Shown piece after piece: positions 61,766-64,000 of a DNA stretch of 64,000 nt. Position 1 is the stretch's first letter; each line of letters starts with the position of its first letter. The notes beneath the pieces are model-generated. The model had not been told where the DNA came from and did no database searches. It was given only the letters and a program-made list of their open reading frames with translations. The stretch covers positions 550,466 through 614,465 of the forward strand of contig NMRA01000191.1 in assembly GCA_002633005.1 (NCBI GenBank), given 5' to 3'. The DNA is from Phoronis australis (lineage: Eukaryota > Animalia > Phoronida). The translations under genes were made by a program, and so were the position numbers.

Positions 61766-63930
61766 TGAAGGAAAGCCACGTTCCGAAACTGGACCTTTTT
61801 TATAAGCGCTTCTATAGGCTATTGAAACTAGATCTCTGTGAAATGAAAACCAAAAGCATCTGGTATAAATACCTGTCCTTTCTCACTGAGTGACATTAAC
61901 TTTTCCTTTCAGAAGAAAAGCTTTATACTAATGGTAAAAACTTTTCAATTTGGTGCACATTATAGGGAAATGACATTCAGTGTCTTATTGTCAGTAGAAA
62001 GCCCGTTAATGTTACAATTTGATGATCAAATAAATTTTTCATCAACTGGCAAGTTTGTCACTAATTATTGAAACCACAATATTTTCTCAGTTTTAAAGCC
62101 CCACACAGTGCAGTTGTGTTTTTTCTTAATCTTTATAAAGCTGAAATGATTAGCCATTACGCTTTCGAATTGTCGTTTTCCTGTTGACCTCTAGAAATGT
62201 GCAGCGGTCAAAATGAAGTATTCCCTTTCTTTGCATTTAATTTGTTTGTGTGTGTAATTATTTTTAGAGCTTTCAATTCTCTCAGGTTATTGCTGAAGGA
62301 TTGCTTTCCACTTCGTCCAAAGGTAAAATAGACGGTCAGGCGGCTGGTTTCAGTCAGTTCGCTCACCTGTAACAAAATAGTCAGAGAAATAATAGCAAAT
62401 TATAAAAGATAACACAAGACAAAACTACTTTAGTAAGGCAGAACATACATGACGTTTCATCTTCATTTTATATTTAAAAACTAATAATCTTTGTACCCAA
62501 GTCTTATTTAAGATCTGCATTAAACTATGCGAAACAGGCTAAAAGTGTTTTAATAATGTGTATTTTTCACGACACCTAAAATGTGCATCTGATCTCAACT
62601 AGTAAAATTAATTCTAGGTGTCAATTTTTATTCCAATGCAATGTTATGACGTTTAGTGAATAGCTAATTCATGTTAATTCATGCTAATCTGGTAGTCCCG
62701 GGGGTGGGGTCCGCTATAAAATAAGGAAACTCACTCGTCTAAAGAATTTTATTGGACATAGCATAGCTTTGAAGAGAAACTGCTGTGAAAAAGTCACCCT
62801 TGACTTCTGAGCGTCACGTACCATACACCTCTTATATTGAGCGCATTCCCACCCCTGGAGGACAATACATGTATGTTAATATGTGCTGCTAGCCTACCCG
62901 GCATCCTAGTCCCGGGTGAGTTTCCAAAAAGAAACACTTAGTTCCATTCAATAAACCCGTTATTCAGTGGGGTAACTAGTGGAGATAACATCACCGAACG
63001 ATGTCGATAGAAACTTGATTGCTAAAAACTTACCAAGTAACGTTATGTAGTCTCCCAAAGGGGCTTCGGCATCCACACACTTTTTGTCAGTTGGTTGACC
63101 CTTTTGACCGCAATGCTCCACGACTGTAGTAACCTTAGGTCTTTTGTTAATTTGTGGCCACCTGTCGAAGATTTGCACCAGAGAAAATAGCAATAATAAG
63201 GCTTTGCGCGACGACGCATTTTGATAACAATCCGTCTTTTTACCACAGGCGTCCTCAGCTTCTGATCGTCCCCAATACACTACATATAATACTACAAGGT
63301 AGGACACTCCCGACTAGAAATTCCACGGGTGCTTCACTTCAGCCGTCCATAGCAAACATAAAACTCAATAAATTTACACAAAACAGGGGTTCAACAAACC
63401 ATGAAGAATTGTTCTTTCTCCCAATACCATTCACGGTGTCCTGTTACGGCGACTTCGTAAGAAATTCCCAGTAAAAGAACAAAAATGTTCACAAAAAGCC
63501 CCCACACACGTTCTCCCTAGGCCCGTCGAGGTCAAGGACGGTACGGAAATTGCCGGTGAGTTACGGAAGTAGCGACATCGTGACTTTACGCGACAAAGCG
63601 GCAATTTCCGTACCGTCCTTGACCACGACTGGCCTAGGGAGAACGTGTGTGGGGGCTTTTTGTGAACATTTTTGTTCTTTGACTGGGAATTTCTTACGAA
63701 GTCGCTGTAACAGGACACCGTGAATGGTATTGGGAGAAAGAACAATTCTTCATGGTTTGTTGAACCCCTGTTTTGTGTAAATTTATTGAGTTTTATGTTT
63801 GCTATGGACGGCTGAAGTGAAGCACCCGTGGAATTTCTAGTCGGGAGTGTCCTACCTTGTAGTATTATATGCAGTGTATTGGGGACGATCAGAAGCTGAG
63901 GACGCCTGTGCTTTTTACCAGCTGTTTACA
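61766..63930 (-). ncRNA. Candidate spliced non-coding transcript (or long 5' UTR)
   Basis: Minus-strand donor TTG|GTAAGT at 63033, acceptor ttttgttacag at 62367, donor CAG|GTATTT at about 61872, acceptor ttttcatttcacag at about 61837 and donor CAG|GTAACC at about 61764. No convincing ORF. Based on splice signals only. Confidence 0.35.
63244..63910. mobile_element. 667-bp palindromic foldback MITE, P-element-like (or hAT-like)
   Basis: Arms 63244-63555 and 63599-63910 (312 bp, about 5 mismatches by eye), 43-bp loop, CACAGG...CCTGTG termini, and perfect 8-bp TSD ctttttac at 63236-63243 and 63911-63918. Confidence 0.92.
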
Positions 63931-63940
63931 TGCAGACAGC

Positions 63941-63954
63941 GACGCATGCGCAGT
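63941..63954. promoter_or_regulatory. NRF1-type motif in CpG-rich putative promoter
   Basis: gacgcatgcgcagt closely matches the YGCGCATGCGCR consensus; the surrounding sequence is locally CpG-rich. Confidence 0.5.
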
Positions 63955-64000
63955 TCAATCACCACTAGTACAGTAGCGACACCGCGAGGAGAATTCTCCG

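Noticed and set aside
61977-62046. Intronic C/D box snoRNA on the minus strand (TTGATGA...CTGA)
   Set aside because: Non-consensus C box, no clear terminal stem and no rRNA complementarity that I could verify.
62960-63745. ORFs of 104-115 aa around the palindrome as real genes
   Set aside because: They start inside or cross the inserted element and mirror each other because of the palindrome.

Overview
AT-rich, intron-containing eukaryotic DNA, repeat-dense. A marine invertebrate animal is an inference from the repeat repertoire; the species cannot be determined from the sequence. Host genes: the last two exons of TMA16 (259-407, 1409-1692, +); a convergent single-coding-exon 255-aa gene of unknown function (7565-8332, -); and a 3-coding-exon, 496-aa MFSD4/NaGLT1-like MFS transporter (21963-27203, +). 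A roughly 8-kb block (1576-9549) recurs about 39 kb downstream (40492-48081). There the TMA16 copy has lost its central exons and the 255-aa gene is frameshifted. Just upstream of the second TMA16 copy's exon 2 is a nest of retroelements: a decayed Gypsy LTR element with a LINE inside its RT, next to a LINE 5' fragment encoding a 2A-like GDIHINPGP motif and a PHD finger. The right third holds a 4.07-kb TA-flanked TIR element with no transposase, present twice in inverted orientation (49044-53115 and 54906-59330). It carries conserved, divergently oriented splice sites and a motif also found at about 16.8 kb. Near the end, a 667-bp near-perfect palindromic element with an 8-bp TSD (63244-63910) sits beside an NRF1 motif at the 5' end of a candidate spliced minus-strand transcript. 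Kolobok-, hAT- and Helentron/HINE-like non-autonomous elements and MITEs fill the rest. All alignments were made by eye; no searches were run.
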